A stretch of 64,000 nt of DNA from Bacteroidia bacterium (GCA_026391215.1 JAPLDX010000056.1:64001-128000), one strand, 5' to 3'. Counted from the stretch's first letter, positions 9,001-17,364 are shown. The notes: generated by a model from the letters alone, not told the origin. Made by a program: numbers and translations.

Positions 9001-11844
9001 CGAAAGTGTTACTCCGCTTCCTGTAACATTTGCAGCCAGGCCTGAAGGCTTAACAGGAGCGGTATTCAGTACAGAATTATTGTTTTTGTATATTTTTGAT
9101 ACAGGCCCTTCACCTGAGGTACCTGTTAGTAAAATATCCAGATCACCATCGTTATCGTAATCACCCCAGGCCGATGAACCTGTCTGAACCTTTTCTAAAT
9201 ACGAAAAAACCTCTGTAAAGACGTTATTGTTGTTCTGTATGATTTTAGATATTAATCCGTCGTAGGTAGTACCGGTCACTAAAAAATCCAGGTCGCCGTC
9301 GTTGTCATAATCGCCCCAGTCTACTGAACCCTGATAAAAGTTAGGTAAGGAGTAATCTATTGAAGAAAAAGCCCCGGCATTATTGTTGAATATTCTCAAA
9401 TTATAAACAGTTGACCATAAAACATCGAGATCACCGTCATTATCATAATCGCCCCAGGCAACTGAAGCGGCTGGATTGTTGTAGAATCCCGGATTAATAC
9501 CGGTAAAAGAACCATTATCGTTCCTGTATATTCGTGAAAATCCATTAATTGCATCATTGTAACCAGCAAGCAAGATGTCAAGGTCGCCGTCATTATCATA
9601 ATCGCCCCAGTCAACTGAACTTTCCCTTGCCCCGATCAGGCCGGCATTAATATCTGTAAAAATCCCCGCATCATTCCTGTATATTTGTGAGATACATAAG
9701 TTACTGGCATTATAGCCGGTCAACAGAATATCGAGGTCGCCGTCATTATCATAATCAGCCCATGCAACTGAGCCAATGTGCACTCCAGGTAAATAAACAC
9801 TGATATTCTTAGTGAATGTACTATCGCCATTATTGTCCCAGATTTCAGAAACCGGACCAGCGTCTGAATAACCAGTTAATAAAATATCCAGGTACCCGTC
9901 ATTATTATAATCACCCCATGCCACTGAACTTTCATCGACCCCTGGCATTAAAGTTCCTGCCAGCTCTGTAAATTTATTGCTGCCACCGTTCTTATAGATC
10001 TTGGAAACCCTGATGCCGGAACCTGTCCTGCCCGTCAATAAAATATCCTGATCCCCATCATTATCATAATCACCCCAGGCAACAGAACTATTATAGACAC
10101 CTGTTAAGCTTATCCCTGTCTGTTCAATAAAGTTTGTAACAATTATTTTTACCTGGTTGCTGGTATATGCCGTTCCACCAAATATCGATTCACATACAAT
10201 ATAATAAATGCCATCGGCCGGGAAGGATGTAATACATGTGGTTCCGGTAGCACCTGCAATCGCCTGAGTGTATGGGCCACCGCTTACGGTTGAGTATTTC
10301 CACTGGCGCGAAGTGGGAGTGCTTGATTCCGTCACAGTTAATGTCGCGCAGTTTTGATTTTTTAATATAGCCTGTTCACCAGTCGGAATAATTGAATTTG
10401 AAAAGGGAATCGTAAAAGTGCCTTCAGCAGCAAAAGCTGAACCGGCAAAACCGTAGTCGATAGCCTGTACACTCCAGTAGTACGTGGCTGCCGGCAATTT
10501 CTTCACGAAATATGTATTGGACTGAATATTTCCCCTCCGGACTATTTTTCTGTATCCGCCCGGTACAACTGCCATTGGTGAACATTTGTTCACTGTACCA
10601 GTAGCGGTGCCTATATAGATGTTGTACGAGAGACCGTCCTGCGATGTTTGAGTATCAGTTGATTTGCTCCATGTAAGAGTTGCTTTGCCACCCGTTACAC
10701 TTGAACCAAGCCCTGAAGGTGATGCAGGAAAGGTATTTGCAACAGCACTGTTATTTTTATAGATCTTCGAATAACCACTGCCGGTCAGTAAAATATCAAG
10801 GTCGTTATCCTTGTCATAATCCCCCCATGCAACGGAGCTGTAAGAAACACCGGTTAATCCTGCGCTGATATCGGTAAAAGTACCTGCATTGTTGTTGTAA
10901 ACCTTAGAAATATCAGCAGAACCGGAATATCCTGTAAGCAGAATATCCAGGTCGCCGTCGTTATCATAATCACCCCAGGCAGCAGAGCTATATCGTACTC
11001 CGGTTAAACCTGCATTAATATCCGTGAATGTGCCGCTGCTGTTATTGTATATCCTTGCATTATATCCGGAATCCCAGTTATACCCTGCCAACAGAATATC
11101 GAGATCGCCATCTTCATCATAATCGCCCCATGAAGCAGAACTGTAGGTTACACCCTCTAATCCGGCATTAATATCAGTGAAAATGCCACTGTCATTACGG
11201 TATATTTTTGCAATCGGGCCATCCATAAAAGAATAACCAGTCAGAAGAATATCCAGGTCACCGTCATTATCATAATCACCCCATGCTACTGAACTGTTAT
11301 CAACTCCTGTTAAACCGGCCTCAATATCAGTAAAGATACCATTGTCGTTGCGATAAACCATTGATATATAAGTACCCTGAAGGCTGCCAGTAAGCAATAT
11401 ATCAAGGTCCCCATCATTGTCGTAATCTCCCCATGCAACTGAACCGTAATTGACTCCAGCTAACCCCGCATTTATATCGGCAAACGTTCCGGCATCGTTC
11501 CTGTAAATTTTCGAAGTGTTGCTTCCTGTCAGTAAAATATCCAGGTCGCCGTCATTATCATAATCACCCCATGCTGCAGAACTGAAAGAAACTCCTGTTA
11601 AGCCGGGAGCTGCTATAGCGCTGAAGGCTCCTGCTGTATTCTGGTAGATTAAAGCATTCCCGCTTCCCGTCAAAAGAATATCAGGATCCCCATCATTGTC
11701 ATAATCGCCCCAGGCCACTGAGCCTCTTGAGATCCCTGTTAATATAATTGGCTGCTCGGTAAATGCCTGGCTGAAAAGATCAGGCGCCGCAAGGCAAAAC
11801 AATAATAATCCCAGACAGGTGAATCGGAGTAAAGGAGTTCTCAT
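1..11844 (-). CDS. Giant secreted FG-GAP/VCBS-repeat protein with FN3-like and Ig-like domains (>=3948 aa, 3' end outside window); probable surface adhesin
   Basis: Hand translation from ATG at 11844 gives MRTPLLRFTCLGLLLFCLAAPDLFSQAF (signal peptide) followed by about 48 WGD(Y/L)DNDGDLDILLTG repeats. The same frame was confirmed at spot checks (8100, 6600, 4920, 1740, 60). Probably absent from the ORF track because no stop codon lies inside the window. Not every codon was checked. Confidence 0.92.
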   Translation of the reverse strand, partial: MRTPLLRFTCLGLLLFCLAAPDLFSQAFTEQPIILTGISRGSVAWGDYDNDGDPDILLTGSGNALIYQNTAGAFSAIAAPGLTGVSFSSAAWGDYDNDGDLDILLTGSNTSKIYRNDAGTFADINAGLAGVNYGSVAWGDYDNDGDLDILLTGSLQGTYISMVYRNDNGIFTDIEAGLTGVDNSSVAWGDYDNDGDLDILLTGYSFMDGPIAKIYRNDSGIFTDINAGLEGVTYSSASWGDYDEDGDLDILLAGYNWDSGYNARIYNNSSGTFTDINAGLTGVRYSSAAWGDYDNDGDLDILLTGYSGSADISKVYNNNAGTFTDISAGLTGVSYSSVAWGDYDKDNDLDILLTGSGYSKIYKNNSAVANTFPASPSGLGSSVTGGKATLTWSKSTDTQTSQDGLSYNIYIGTATGTVNKCSPMAVVPGGYRKIVRRGNIQSNTYFVKKLPAATYYWSVQAIDYGFAGSAFAAEGTFTIPFSNSIIPTGEQAILKNQNCATLTVTESSTPTSRQWKYSTVSGGPYTQAIAGATGTTCITSFPADGIYYIVCESIFGGTAYTSNQVKIIVTNFIEQTGISLTGVYNSSVAWGDYDNDGDQDILLTGRTGSGIRVSKIYKNGGSNKFTELAGTLMPGVDESSVAWGDYNNDGYLDILLTGYSDAGPVSEIWDNNGDSTFTKNISVYLPGVHIGSVAWADYDNDGDLDILLTGYNASNLCISQIYRNDAGIFTDINAGLIGARESSVDWGDYDNDGDLDILLAGYNDAINGFSRIYRNDNGSFTGINPGFYNNPAASVAWGDYDNDGDLDVLWSTVYNLRIFNNNAGAFSSIDYSLPNFYQGSVDWGDYDNDGDLDFLVTGTTYDGLISKIIQNNNNVFTEVFSYLEKVQTGSSAWGDYDNDGDLDILLTGTSGEGPVSKIYKNNNSVLNTAPVKPSGLAANVTGSGVTLSWSKTTDIQTPQDGLSYNLYIGAAAGTINKKSPMAALPGGYRRIVQRGLIQGNNWMPKKLAAGTYYWSVQAIDHNFAGSAFATEGSFTVVFSNSISPDTAQILKLNQNGSVLTVTESSTPASRQWKYSTVSGGPYNQTIAGATGTTYTPNFSVFGNYYVVCVATKSAIEYTTNEVKISVPAFVEPSGISLTGINRGSVAWGDYDSDGDLDILLAGDNGSGYSSKIYRNDAGVFTDDSVGLTGVYRSSVAWGDYDNDGDLDILLSGHSGSNYVSIIYRNDAGVFTDISAGLTGVNGSSVAWGDYDNDGDLDILLTGEYYDTEWHIISKVYRNDAGVFTDINAGLTGVSYGSVTWGDYDNDGDLDILLVGGWNSKIYRNDNGIFTDINAGLEGTYGGSAAWGDYDSDGDLDILLTGSGVSKIYNNNAGVFTGIDAGLAEINYGSATWGDYDNDGDLDILLTGAGYSKIFRNDSGVFTDIEEPIEGASNSSAAWGDYDNDGDLDIILTGSGSSGYISKIYKNNSLTANVVPAVPSNLQASLGSNKVTLSWTKSTDSKTAQDGLTYNVYIGTTAGSVNKKSPMAALPGGYRRIVQRGTQNNSWAIKKLTAATYYWSVQAIDNNFSGSAFATEGSFTIAFTNSIAPEADQVLGINQNGALLTVTESSTPTSRQWKYSTVSGGPYDQSISGATATTYTPNFSAFGTYYVVCVSSKNAIDYATNEVKISVSAFAEQKGIALTGVDNCSVVWGDYDYDGDLDILLTGYSNSGYISRIYRNDLGVYNDINAGLTGVEWSAAAWGDYDNDGDLDLLLTGGYYSSGLNYISKIYRNDAGTFTDINAGLTGVYEGSVAWGDYDNDGDLDILLTGYDGSNSVSKIYRNDAGVFTDINAGLSGVSGSSVVWGDYDNDSDLDILLTGSWNSIIYRNDNGIFSDINAGLQGISGGSAAWGDYDSDGDLDILITGGGISKIYKNNAGVFTEINADLPGIYNGSSVWGDLDNDGDLDIILNGWDDILGSYIAKIYRNDTDTTIDITNALTGYSLAAVYSSSVALGDYDNDGDLDVLLAGYLSSSGRVSKVYKNNTSPANTVPTAPTNLQASLGANKVTLSWNKSTDTKTTQNALTYNVYIGTTAGSVNKKSPMAALPGGYRRIVQRGTQTNSWTIKKLTAGTYYWSVQALDNNFAGSTFATEGSFTVAFSNSIAPVADQVLGVNQNGTVLTVTESSTPTSRQWKYSTISGGPYDQTISGATATTYTPNFAAFGTYYVVCASIKNAIEYASNEVKISVPAFAEQTGITLPGLDDCSVVWGDYDSDGDLDILLTGYSNSDFLSRVYRNDLGVYNDINAGLIGVVESSAAWGDYDNDGDLDILLTGYYWNSGDYYISKIYRNDAGTFTDINAGLTGVSSSSVALGDYDNDGDLDILLAGYNGSISVSKIYRNDAGIFTDITADLTGISDGSAAWGDYDSDGDLDILITGSGISKVYNNNAGIFTEINAGLTGVSESTAVWGDLDNDGDLDIILNGYNNTLSSYITKFYRNATDTIIDITNTLTGYSLAAVYNSSVALGDYDNDGDLDVLLAGYLSSYGRVSKVYKNNTSPANTVPAAPTNLQASLGANKVTLSWNKSTDTKTAQNGLTYNLYIGTTAGTVNKKSPMAALPDGYRRIVRSGATQTNSWTINRLSAGTYYWSVQAIDNNFAGSAFATEGTFTVAFSNSIAPVADQVLGVNQNGTVLTVTESSTPTSRQWKYSTVSGGPYDQSISGATGTTYTPNFAAFGTYYVVCASIKNAIEYASNEVKISVPAFAEQTGIALTGVDLGSVAYADYDNDGDLDILLTGNSGSGAISKIYRNDLGVYNDISAGLTGVYRSSAAWGDYDNDGDLDILLTGYVGSNGISRIYRNDAGTFTDIAAGLTGIWDGSAVWGDYDNDGDLDILLTGYDGSTDISRIYRNDAGIFTDINGGLAGTGGGSVAAWGDYDNDGDLDILLVGSWNSLVYRNDNGIFTNINAGLTGVTNCSAVWGDYDSDGDLDILLTGGGISKIYRNNAGVFTDMNAGLIGIYESTAAWGDLDNDGDLDIILNGWDDNLDSYITKFYRNDGDTTIDITNTLTGYSLATVYNSSVTLGDYDNDGDLDVLLTGYLISTGSVTKVYKNNTSAANTVPAAPTNLQASLGANKVTLSWNKSTDTKTAQSGLTYNVYIGTIAGSVNRKSPMAALPGGYRRIVQRGAAQANSWTIKSLTAGTYYWSVQAIDNNFAGSAFAAEGSFIVSYSNSISPVTDQSLLINQNGTVLTVTESSTPTSRQWKYSTVSGGPYDQTITGATGTTYTPGFSSYGTYYVVCVSTKNAIEYATNEVKISVPAFTEQTGLNLTGIYRGSVAWGDYDSDGDLDILLTGDDGSNYISKIYRNDAGVFTDIIAGLKGVYRSSVAWGDYDNDGDLDILLTGEYYNSGWFYVSNIYQNDAGVFTDKNAGLAGVYDGSVALGDYDNDGDLDILLTGYDGSNSVSKIYRNDAGVFTDITAGLTGVNASSVAWGDYDNDGDLDILLTGNSDSRIYRNDTGVFTNINAGLAGVSNSSVAWGDYDNDGDLDILLTGSGYSKIYKNDAGIFTDINAGLTGINYGSVTWGDYDNDGDLDILLTGSGYSKIYKNDAGVFTDINAGLTGINYGSVTWGDYDNDGDLDILLAGSYTSKVYKNNSIVANTVPSAPTNLLASALSVNKVSFTWNKATDSKTPQNTLTYNIRIGTAAGGSSIVGPMASVSTGFRRIPAIGNAELRSNGYTITNLAPGKYYWSVQAIDQAYAGGAWAAEGQFNLLAAPVASAATNIAETSFTSHWSASTGATGYKLDIATDSTFTTIVTGYNSKDVGNITSANVSGLTSGSIYYYRLRAYNAGGTSIVYSNVIKTITLGIPAAPVATDATSVVQTSFTANWNSSPNANSYELDVSTSNTFSSFLPGFSNIYVGNVTSYSVTGLTANTVYYYRVRASNSYGASLNSGTITVTTLMNPPATPAGLTAS
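620..11765 (-). repeat. Seven tandem intragenic modules of about 1.53-1.67 kb (propeller + FN3-like, + Ig-like in modules 1-6)
   Basis: The junction sequence aaggcag(g/a)aacacttattttcac recurs near 1961, 3627, 5159, 6828 and 8459, with a diverged copy near 10130. The motif YYWSVQA(I/L)D recurs in every module and SRQWKYST(V/I)SGGPY in modules 1-6. Confidence 0.9.
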
Positions 11845-11986
11845 AACATTAGTTTTAATGTTTCAAAGAATAAGAAATCTGATGGAATTCATATTCCTGT
11901 TTTTCTTTAACAGATATATAGTTGTTTATGATTTCCGACAATTTCCAGTTACAAGAATGATTGTTACAATTCTTACAAATGATAAA

Positions 11987-14368
11987 TTACTTTAACAGAT
12001 AGAAATCTGAATTCAATTGATCCCACTCTATCGGGATCTGTGCGTTATTACTCAGTTTCTTCACCTGTACCCGGGTATTAAGGAAAACGTTATGCAGGGA
12101 CTGAGGAACAACCATTTGCTTGACCAGTTCCTCGGTAAACAAACCATTGTCCCCTTTACCATCGGCTGCAGTTGCTCCTTCGGAGGTGGCAAAAGCGATT
12201 ATCGTACCGCTTGTATTAGTAACCTGCCTGAAACCGGCATCCCCGGTACCTCTGGCCCAGTTGGCGTAGGGATTATTCCTGCATGCGTCCAGGATAACAA
12301 TGTTGGCGTTATCCGGGTAGCGCTCGAATTCATCCACTACAAAGTTGACTGAAATGGCTTCAAATTTACAGTCGGTTGGCTTTTCCAGAAAGGCATCGGT
12401 CGGGATCAGATAGTTCTTGCCATCTACCTGGTTCCCATGTCCTGCATAGTAAAATAACGCAACATTGTAATTTGGCAATTTTTCAGTGAATTCCCTTATT
12501 GCAGCCTCCATTTCAGCTTTTGTTGCATTGAGCCGTTTTATGACATCAAATCCCAGCTGTTTTAACGTGCCCTCCATTAAATTGGCATCGTTCACCGGAT
12601 TCTTCAGCGGAGAGCCAAGTTTATACTGGGAATTACCGAAAACAAGGGCCAGCCGTTTCTCTGTCATGGCTGCTTCGTATTTTATCACCCGCTGCTCTGA
12701 TCTCTTGGTGCCTGCAATATTTGTGGCGCTGATATAAATACTGTTATCTCCTTTTTTCAGCAGAGCCGAAGACTGCCAGGTATAAACAGAATTATCCGAA
12801 CCTGATGGTTGAAAGATATTGTCTTCAGTTTGTGTCTCTCCATTAACAATAAGTTTTATAGATTTCAGATCGGTAGGAGACTTAATTGATGCTTCAATGG
12901 TAAGATTTTCAGTATTGACCTTAATGTTAGACGACTCCGGGTTTGACCAGGTAATAACCGGTGCAACAGCGAAAGGATTTGAAAAATACCGCGGATCTGA
13001 TTTGGTGGCTCCTTCCGCATTGGTTGCCACAAAATAAACGTTATTTTCTCCAGGTCCAAAATTTAGATTTTTCTCTATCTGGAACGTTCCTGTTTCACCA
13101 GGTTTCTGAGTTATTTCAGCCTCCCCTTTTGAAATACCATTCAGGTACAGCAGAACCGATTTCAGCCCTGAGCCTGATTTTACAGTTGCTTTGACAGTTG
13201 CATTAAATGATTCAAGAGTTGTATTGAGACCGGATGGACTTGTCCATGTTATAACAGGTGCTACGGATGAGGCAGGCACAGCATTACCCCGGTCTCCATC
13301 CGTTTGAGGAGCAGCCTGGTTTGCTGCGACAGTTGTAGTCGGAACTGGAGCAGGAACCGTAAAATACCGTTTTTCGGATGTTGAGGAACCTCCCTGATTG
13401 GCTGCTTCCAGATGAATATTGTTCTCACCCAGGTCAAAATTCATTGTTTTCTCAAGTATATAAACTCCTGCCTCGGAGACTGATTGTGTTACATCAGGTA
13501 CATCATATAAAACTCCGTTGAGATATAATTTCACCGACTCCAATCCGCCTGCTGAATTGATCTTCGCTTTTATAACAGTTGAATTTGTTGATTTAAGAGT
13601 GGTAGCTGCCTTCGCCGGACTGAACCATGTGATGACAGGTGGCTGAGGTTTTACTGTCTCAGGTGCGGGATTATTCTGAGGAGCCTGAACATTCTGAGCC
13701 AGTATTGGGGCTTCTGTCTTTTTTAATTCAGTAATTTTCAAATAATCCACTGAAATCTCTGATTCGGTTCCTACATTGAAGCCGATCTGGTTCCCTTCGG
13801 GTTTAATGGAAACGAACTGTCCAACAAGCGATTCATTCGCAAAAATAAAATATACTCCATTCACACATCTGACAGTCAGCTTATTGTAATCCCTGGTAAT
13901 CAGGAAATTTCCAATTCCTGTGAATACTTTTTCAACTTTCTTCTTTTTGGAAGGCGAATCTTTCAGGATTTCCAATGCATTATTGTCAGAAAGTTCAACA
14001 CGGTAATGATCATATTTATCAGTCATGCCAAAGATCAGTGCTCCTGTTCCCTTTACTATTTTAATTACAGTCTCAATTTCAAAGTCAGAACCGTCTGGCA
14101 TGTAAACTGCTTTAAGAGGTGAAATACCTGTTGAATACAGATAATTCTTGCACGTGATATTATAGTAGCCTGATTCTATCTTACCGCTTACCCACAGGTT
14201 ATCAGTTATCCATTCATGTGAGTTGTTGTCAAAACCATCTGAAAAAAGTTCGGTTTTGGAACTGGCATCATATGCAAGATAGCTCTGCTGTGCCAACAAA
14301 GAATTAATCTGAAAAAACATAAGGCAGATCAGCAGGGAAAGACTTTTTAAAGCTATTAACTTTTTCAT
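11987..14368 (-). CDS. Secreted caspase-family (peptidase C14) protein: N-terminal beta-sandwich domain, 3 Ig-like repeats, C-terminal caspase domain
   Basis: Signal peptide; PVITWxSP...LYLNG...GENNI repeats; KRLALVFGNS, YYAGHG and ILDACR motifs (His/Cys dyad intact). Confidence 0.9.
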   Translation of the reverse strand: MKKLIALKSLSLLICLMFFQINSLLAQQSYLAYDASSKTELFSDGFDNNSHEWITDNLWVSGKIESGYYNITCKNYLYSTGISPLKAVYMPDGSDFEIETVIKIVKGTGALIFGMTDKYDHYRVELSDNNALEILKDSPSKKKKVEKVFTGIGNFLITRDYNKLTVRCVNGVYFIFANESLVGQFVSIKPEGNQIGFNVGTESEISVDYLKITELKKTEAPILAQNVQAPQNNPAPETVKPQPPVITWFSPAKAATTLKSTNSTVIKAKINSAGGLESVKLYLNGVLYDVPDVTQSVSEAGVYILEKTMNFDLGENNIHLEAANQGGSSTSEKRYFTVPAPVPTTTVAANQAAPQTDGDRGNAVPASSVAPVITWTSPSGLNTTLESFNATVKATVKSGSGLKSVLLYLNGISKGEAEITQKPGETGTFQIEKNLNFGPGENNVYFVATNAEGATKSDPRYFSNPFAVAPVITWSNPESSNIKVNTENLTIEASIKSPTDLKSIKLIVNGETQTEDNIFQPSGSDNSVYTWQSSALLKKGDNSIYISATNIAGTKRSEQRVIKYEAAMTEKRLALVFGNSQYKLGSPLKNPVNDANLMEGTLKQLGFDVIKRLNATKAEMEAAIREFTEKLPNYNVALFYYAGHGNQVDGKNYLIPTDAFLEKPTDCKFEAISVNFVVDEFERYPDNANIVILDACRNNPYANWARGTGDAGFRQVTNTSGTIIAFATSEGATAADGKGDNGLFTEELVKQMVVPQSLHNVFLNTRVQVKKLSNNAQIPIEWDQLNSDFYLLK

Positions 14369-14455
14369 ATGTCAACGTATTTTAAAATCCCACTAACTAA
14401 ATGAATGTTCTTTTACAGATTTAAACTATTACTATTACACATTACTAAAACTATG

Positions 14456-14529
14456 AAAGATAAGTATTTTTCCGGCATTTTTAATATAAATTGTCCAGAT
14501 TTTGACCAACAAAGGATTTCTGGATATGA
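14456..14529 (-). promoter_or_regulatory. Putative promoter, copy 1 of a motif duplicated upstream of both caspase genes
   Basis: Aligns over 74 bp with 17392-17465 (aaag.ta.gta ... cca.attttgac.aaca ... ggatat.a); contains a TATCTTTC -7-like element on the minus strand. Confidence 0.55.
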
Positions 14530-14583
14530 CCTATAAGGGAGCTGACGATAAAGTCCTTTCATACAGATTGTTTTAAAGATAAA

Positions 14584-17364
14584 CTACTTCTTGAAATAGA
14601 AATGACCTACCAGCCTGTTGTCTTCAGTCGGGACCTGGGTGTTATTGCTCAGCTTCTTTACCTGCATCCGGGTATTCATGAAAACATCATTTATCGATTG
14701 CGTTATCATCAGCTGCTTGACAAGCTCCTGGGTATACAATCCGTTTGCCCCTTTTCCGTCAGCTGCCGTAGCTCCGATTGATGTTGCATACGCAACAACT
14801 GTTCCGCTTGTAAAATTCATCGCTCTGAATCCCATTTCTCCTCCTCTTGTCCAGCTGGCATACGGGTTGTCCCTGCATGCATCAAGTATGACAATATTCG
14901 TGTTGTCAGGATAGCTTTCAAACTCTTCAACGATAAAATTCACGTCTATCGCTTCATACTTGCAGTCGCTTGGTTTTTCAAGCTTTGCATCAACAGGGAT
15001 AAGGTAGTTCTTGCCTTCAACCTGGTTTCCGTGACCGGCATAATAAAAGAGAGCAACATTGTAATCGGGCAGCTTTTCATTGAATTCCCTGATCGCATCC
15101 GTCATCTGGTTCTTCGTTGCATCAAGTCTTTTGATCACTTCAAATCCGAGTTCCTTTAGTGTACCCTCCATCAGGTTAGCATCATTTGCCGGATTAGGCA
15201 AAGAAGACTTTCCGCTATAGTTAGAATTTCCAAATACAAGCGCCAGACGTTTTTCAGGTACCTCAGGTGAGAGCTTTATCGTACGCTTTTCTGATGTAGT
15301 GCTTCCGGCAGTATTTGTGGCAACCAGGAAGATGCTGTTGTCGCCCTCTTTGAGAATGACAGTTCCCTGCCATATGAAATTACAGTCATTACCGGTCGAG
15401 GATGCTTGAAAGGCTTTTCCTTCACTTAAAATACTCCCGTTTACCAGAAGCTTTACTGAACTAAGTTCAGAAGGAGAATTAATGCATGCGCTTATGTCAA
15501 AGCTCTCAGTATTTACCTGTGTATTCGTTGAAGCCGGATTTGACCATGCTATTACAGGAACCACAGCAGACGGATTTGTGAAATAACGTATTTCAGATTT
15601 TGTTGCACCCTGGCTGTTGGCGGCCACCAGGTATATCTGATTCTCACCCGGACCAAAGTTCATATTCTTCTGAACCACAAAAGTTGAAGGATCATCAGGA
15701 GAAGGTTTGATGTCCGCTTCTCCCTTTGATACACCATTGAGGTATAAAAGCACGGAGGTCAGACCTTCACTGGATTTAATGCTTGCCTTTACATTGGCAT
15801 TGTATGCATCGAGAGTGGTATGAGAACCTGATGGGCTGGTCCAGGTAATTAATGGTGCAGCAGGCTGTGATACAGCTGGTTGAGGAACTGCCTTTTCCTG
15901 AACAACCGGTGGTACGTTTACCGGAGCTGCAGTCGTTGTTTTTGGTGCTGTCTGGACTGCAGACTGGCTTAGCACGAGGCTTGAAGGCGGACAAATAAAA
16001 CTCCTTATTTCCGATCTGGCTGTGCCTCCCGAATTCTTAGCCTCTATGTAAATATTATTCTCAACCTGCCTGAAATTAACTGTTTTTTCAATTGCGTAGC
16101 TGCCAGGTTCATTTTGAACAGGTTTTATTTCAGATGCTTCCAGTGCAACGCCATTGAGATACAGCACTACTGAAGCAAGATCAGAAGACGATTTAATTGT
16201 CGCCTTGATATTTGCTGAAGGTGTCCTGAGAGTCGTACTCTTAACTGTCGGAACAGCCCATGAAATTGAAGCTAAAGGGAATAAACTCGTTATCGTGGCA
16301 TTATATTCTTCCAGTGAAGCTTCTACAGTAAAATATCTTTTTTCTGAAGTTGTTGATCCAAGATTGTTAGTGGCAACCAGATAAATATTGTTCTCTCCCG
16401 GCTCAAAATTCATGGTCTTACTAACATCGAAAGTTCCGACTTCTGTCTCTGAAGGATTCATTTCAGGTTCGCCGTACTGCACATCATTTAGAAATAATAA
16501 TACAGAGTTTATTCCTGAGGCAGATTTAACTTTAGCACTTATATTGGTCTTTGTCGATTTAATCGTTGAATTCAGTGACGATGGAGCAGCCCAACTGATA
16601 ACCGGTGCACCTGTCATTGAGAGGACAGCTGCATTTACAGTTCTATCATAACTCTCAACAGTGAAATATCTCTTTTCCGACACTGTAGTGCCATCTTTAT
16701 TCGTGGCTATCAGGTGTATGTTATTTTCCCCTGATTCAAAACTCACAGTTTTACTGATGTTAAATGTTAATGGCTCAGTATAGGAAGGCGACATTTCGGG
16801 TTCTCCGTATAGAATATCGTTCAGATACAGCACCACTGAACTGAGACCGGAACCGGACCTTATTTTTGCTTCGATATTTGCTTTAGGGGAGCTGAGAGTT
16901 GTCCTGATCTTCAGAGGATCGGTCCACTGTATCAATATTCCGTCTGGCAGAAATACAGCTGTTGAATCGCCGGGTTTAAAAGTGATTGATACTGTGAAAT
17001 ATCGTTTTTCGGAAATTGTCGTTCCATCGTTGTTCGCTGCCACAAAATAGACAGTGTTATCCCCTGGTTCAAAATTTACGGATTTGCTCAGGATAAAAGT
17101 TCCCGGTTCTGTTTCCGATGGTTGCATTTCGGGCTCTCCGTAGGGAACATCATTGATGTATAATACAGCAGAGTTTATCCCTGAAGAGGTTTTAACAGAT
17201 GCCCGTATATTGGTTTTTGCTGTTTTGAGAATGTTGTACTCTTTAGCCGGACTTATCCATGTTATTTTTGGTGGATCAGCTGCAAAAACATTTCCTGAAG
17301 AGATCAGAAAATAAGTCATAACTGACAGCAGGAAAATATTCTTATTAAAAATGTTTCTATTCAT
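14584..17364 (-). CDS. Secreted caspase-family (peptidase C14) protein with 6 Ig-like repeats; paralog of 11987..14368
   Basis: Signal peptide ending VFA; six repeats with I(T/S/Q/A)W...LYLN...ENNIY...SEKRYF consensus; YYAGHG and ILDACR motifs. Confidence 0.9.
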   Translation of the reverse strand: MNRNIFNKNIFLLSVMTYFLISSGNVFAADPPKITWISPAKEYNILKTAKTNIRASVKTSSGINSAVLYINDVPYGEPEMQPSETEPGTFILSKSVNFEPGDNTVYFVAANNDGTTISEKRYFTVSITFKPGDSTAVFLPDGILIQWTDPLKIRTTLSSPKANIEAKIRSGSGLSSVVLYLNDILYGEPEMSPSYTEPLTFNISKTVSFESGENNIHLIATNKDGTTVSEKRYFTVESYDRTVNAAVLSMTGAPVISWAAPSSLNSTIKSTKTNISAKVKSASGINSVLLFLNDVQYGEPEMNPSETEVGTFDVSKTMNFEPGENNIYLVATNNLGSTTSEKRYFTVEASLEEYNATITSLFPLASISWAVPTVKSTTLRTPSANIKATIKSSSDLASVVLYLNGVALEASEIKPVQNEPGSYAIEKTVNFRQVENNIYIEAKNSGGTARSEIRSFICPPSSLVLSQSAVQTAPKTTTAAPVNVPPVVQEKAVPQPAVSQPAAPLITWTSPSGSHTTLDAYNANVKASIKSSEGLTSVLLYLNGVSKGEADIKPSPDDPSTFVVQKNMNFGPGENQIYLVAANSQGATKSEIRYFTNPSAVVPVIAWSNPASTNTQVNTESFDISACINSPSELSSVKLLVNGSILSEGKAFQASSTGNDCNFIWQGTVILKEGDNSIFLVATNTAGSTTSEKRTIKLSPEVPEKRLALVFGNSNYSGKSSLPNPANDANLMEGTLKELGFEVIKRLDATKNQMTDAIREFNEKLPDYNVALFYYAGHGNQVEGKNYLIPVDAKLEKPSDCKYEAIDVNFIVEEFESYPDNTNIVILDACRDNPYASWTRGGEMGFRAMNFTSGTVVAYATSIGATAADGKGANGLYTQELVKQLMITQSINDVFMNTRMQVKKLSNNTQVPTEDNRLVGHFYFKK

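Noticed and set aside
474-10868. Short ORFs listed by the track within 1-11.8 kb
   Set aside because: They are antisense or off-frame shadows of the giant repeat ORF; their mutual similarity merely reflects its modules.
960-11720. Regularly spaced ~140-160-bp nucleotide repeats as a CRISPR array
   Set aside because: The repeats are degenerate at third codon positions and encode WGDYDNDGDLD; no cas genes are present.
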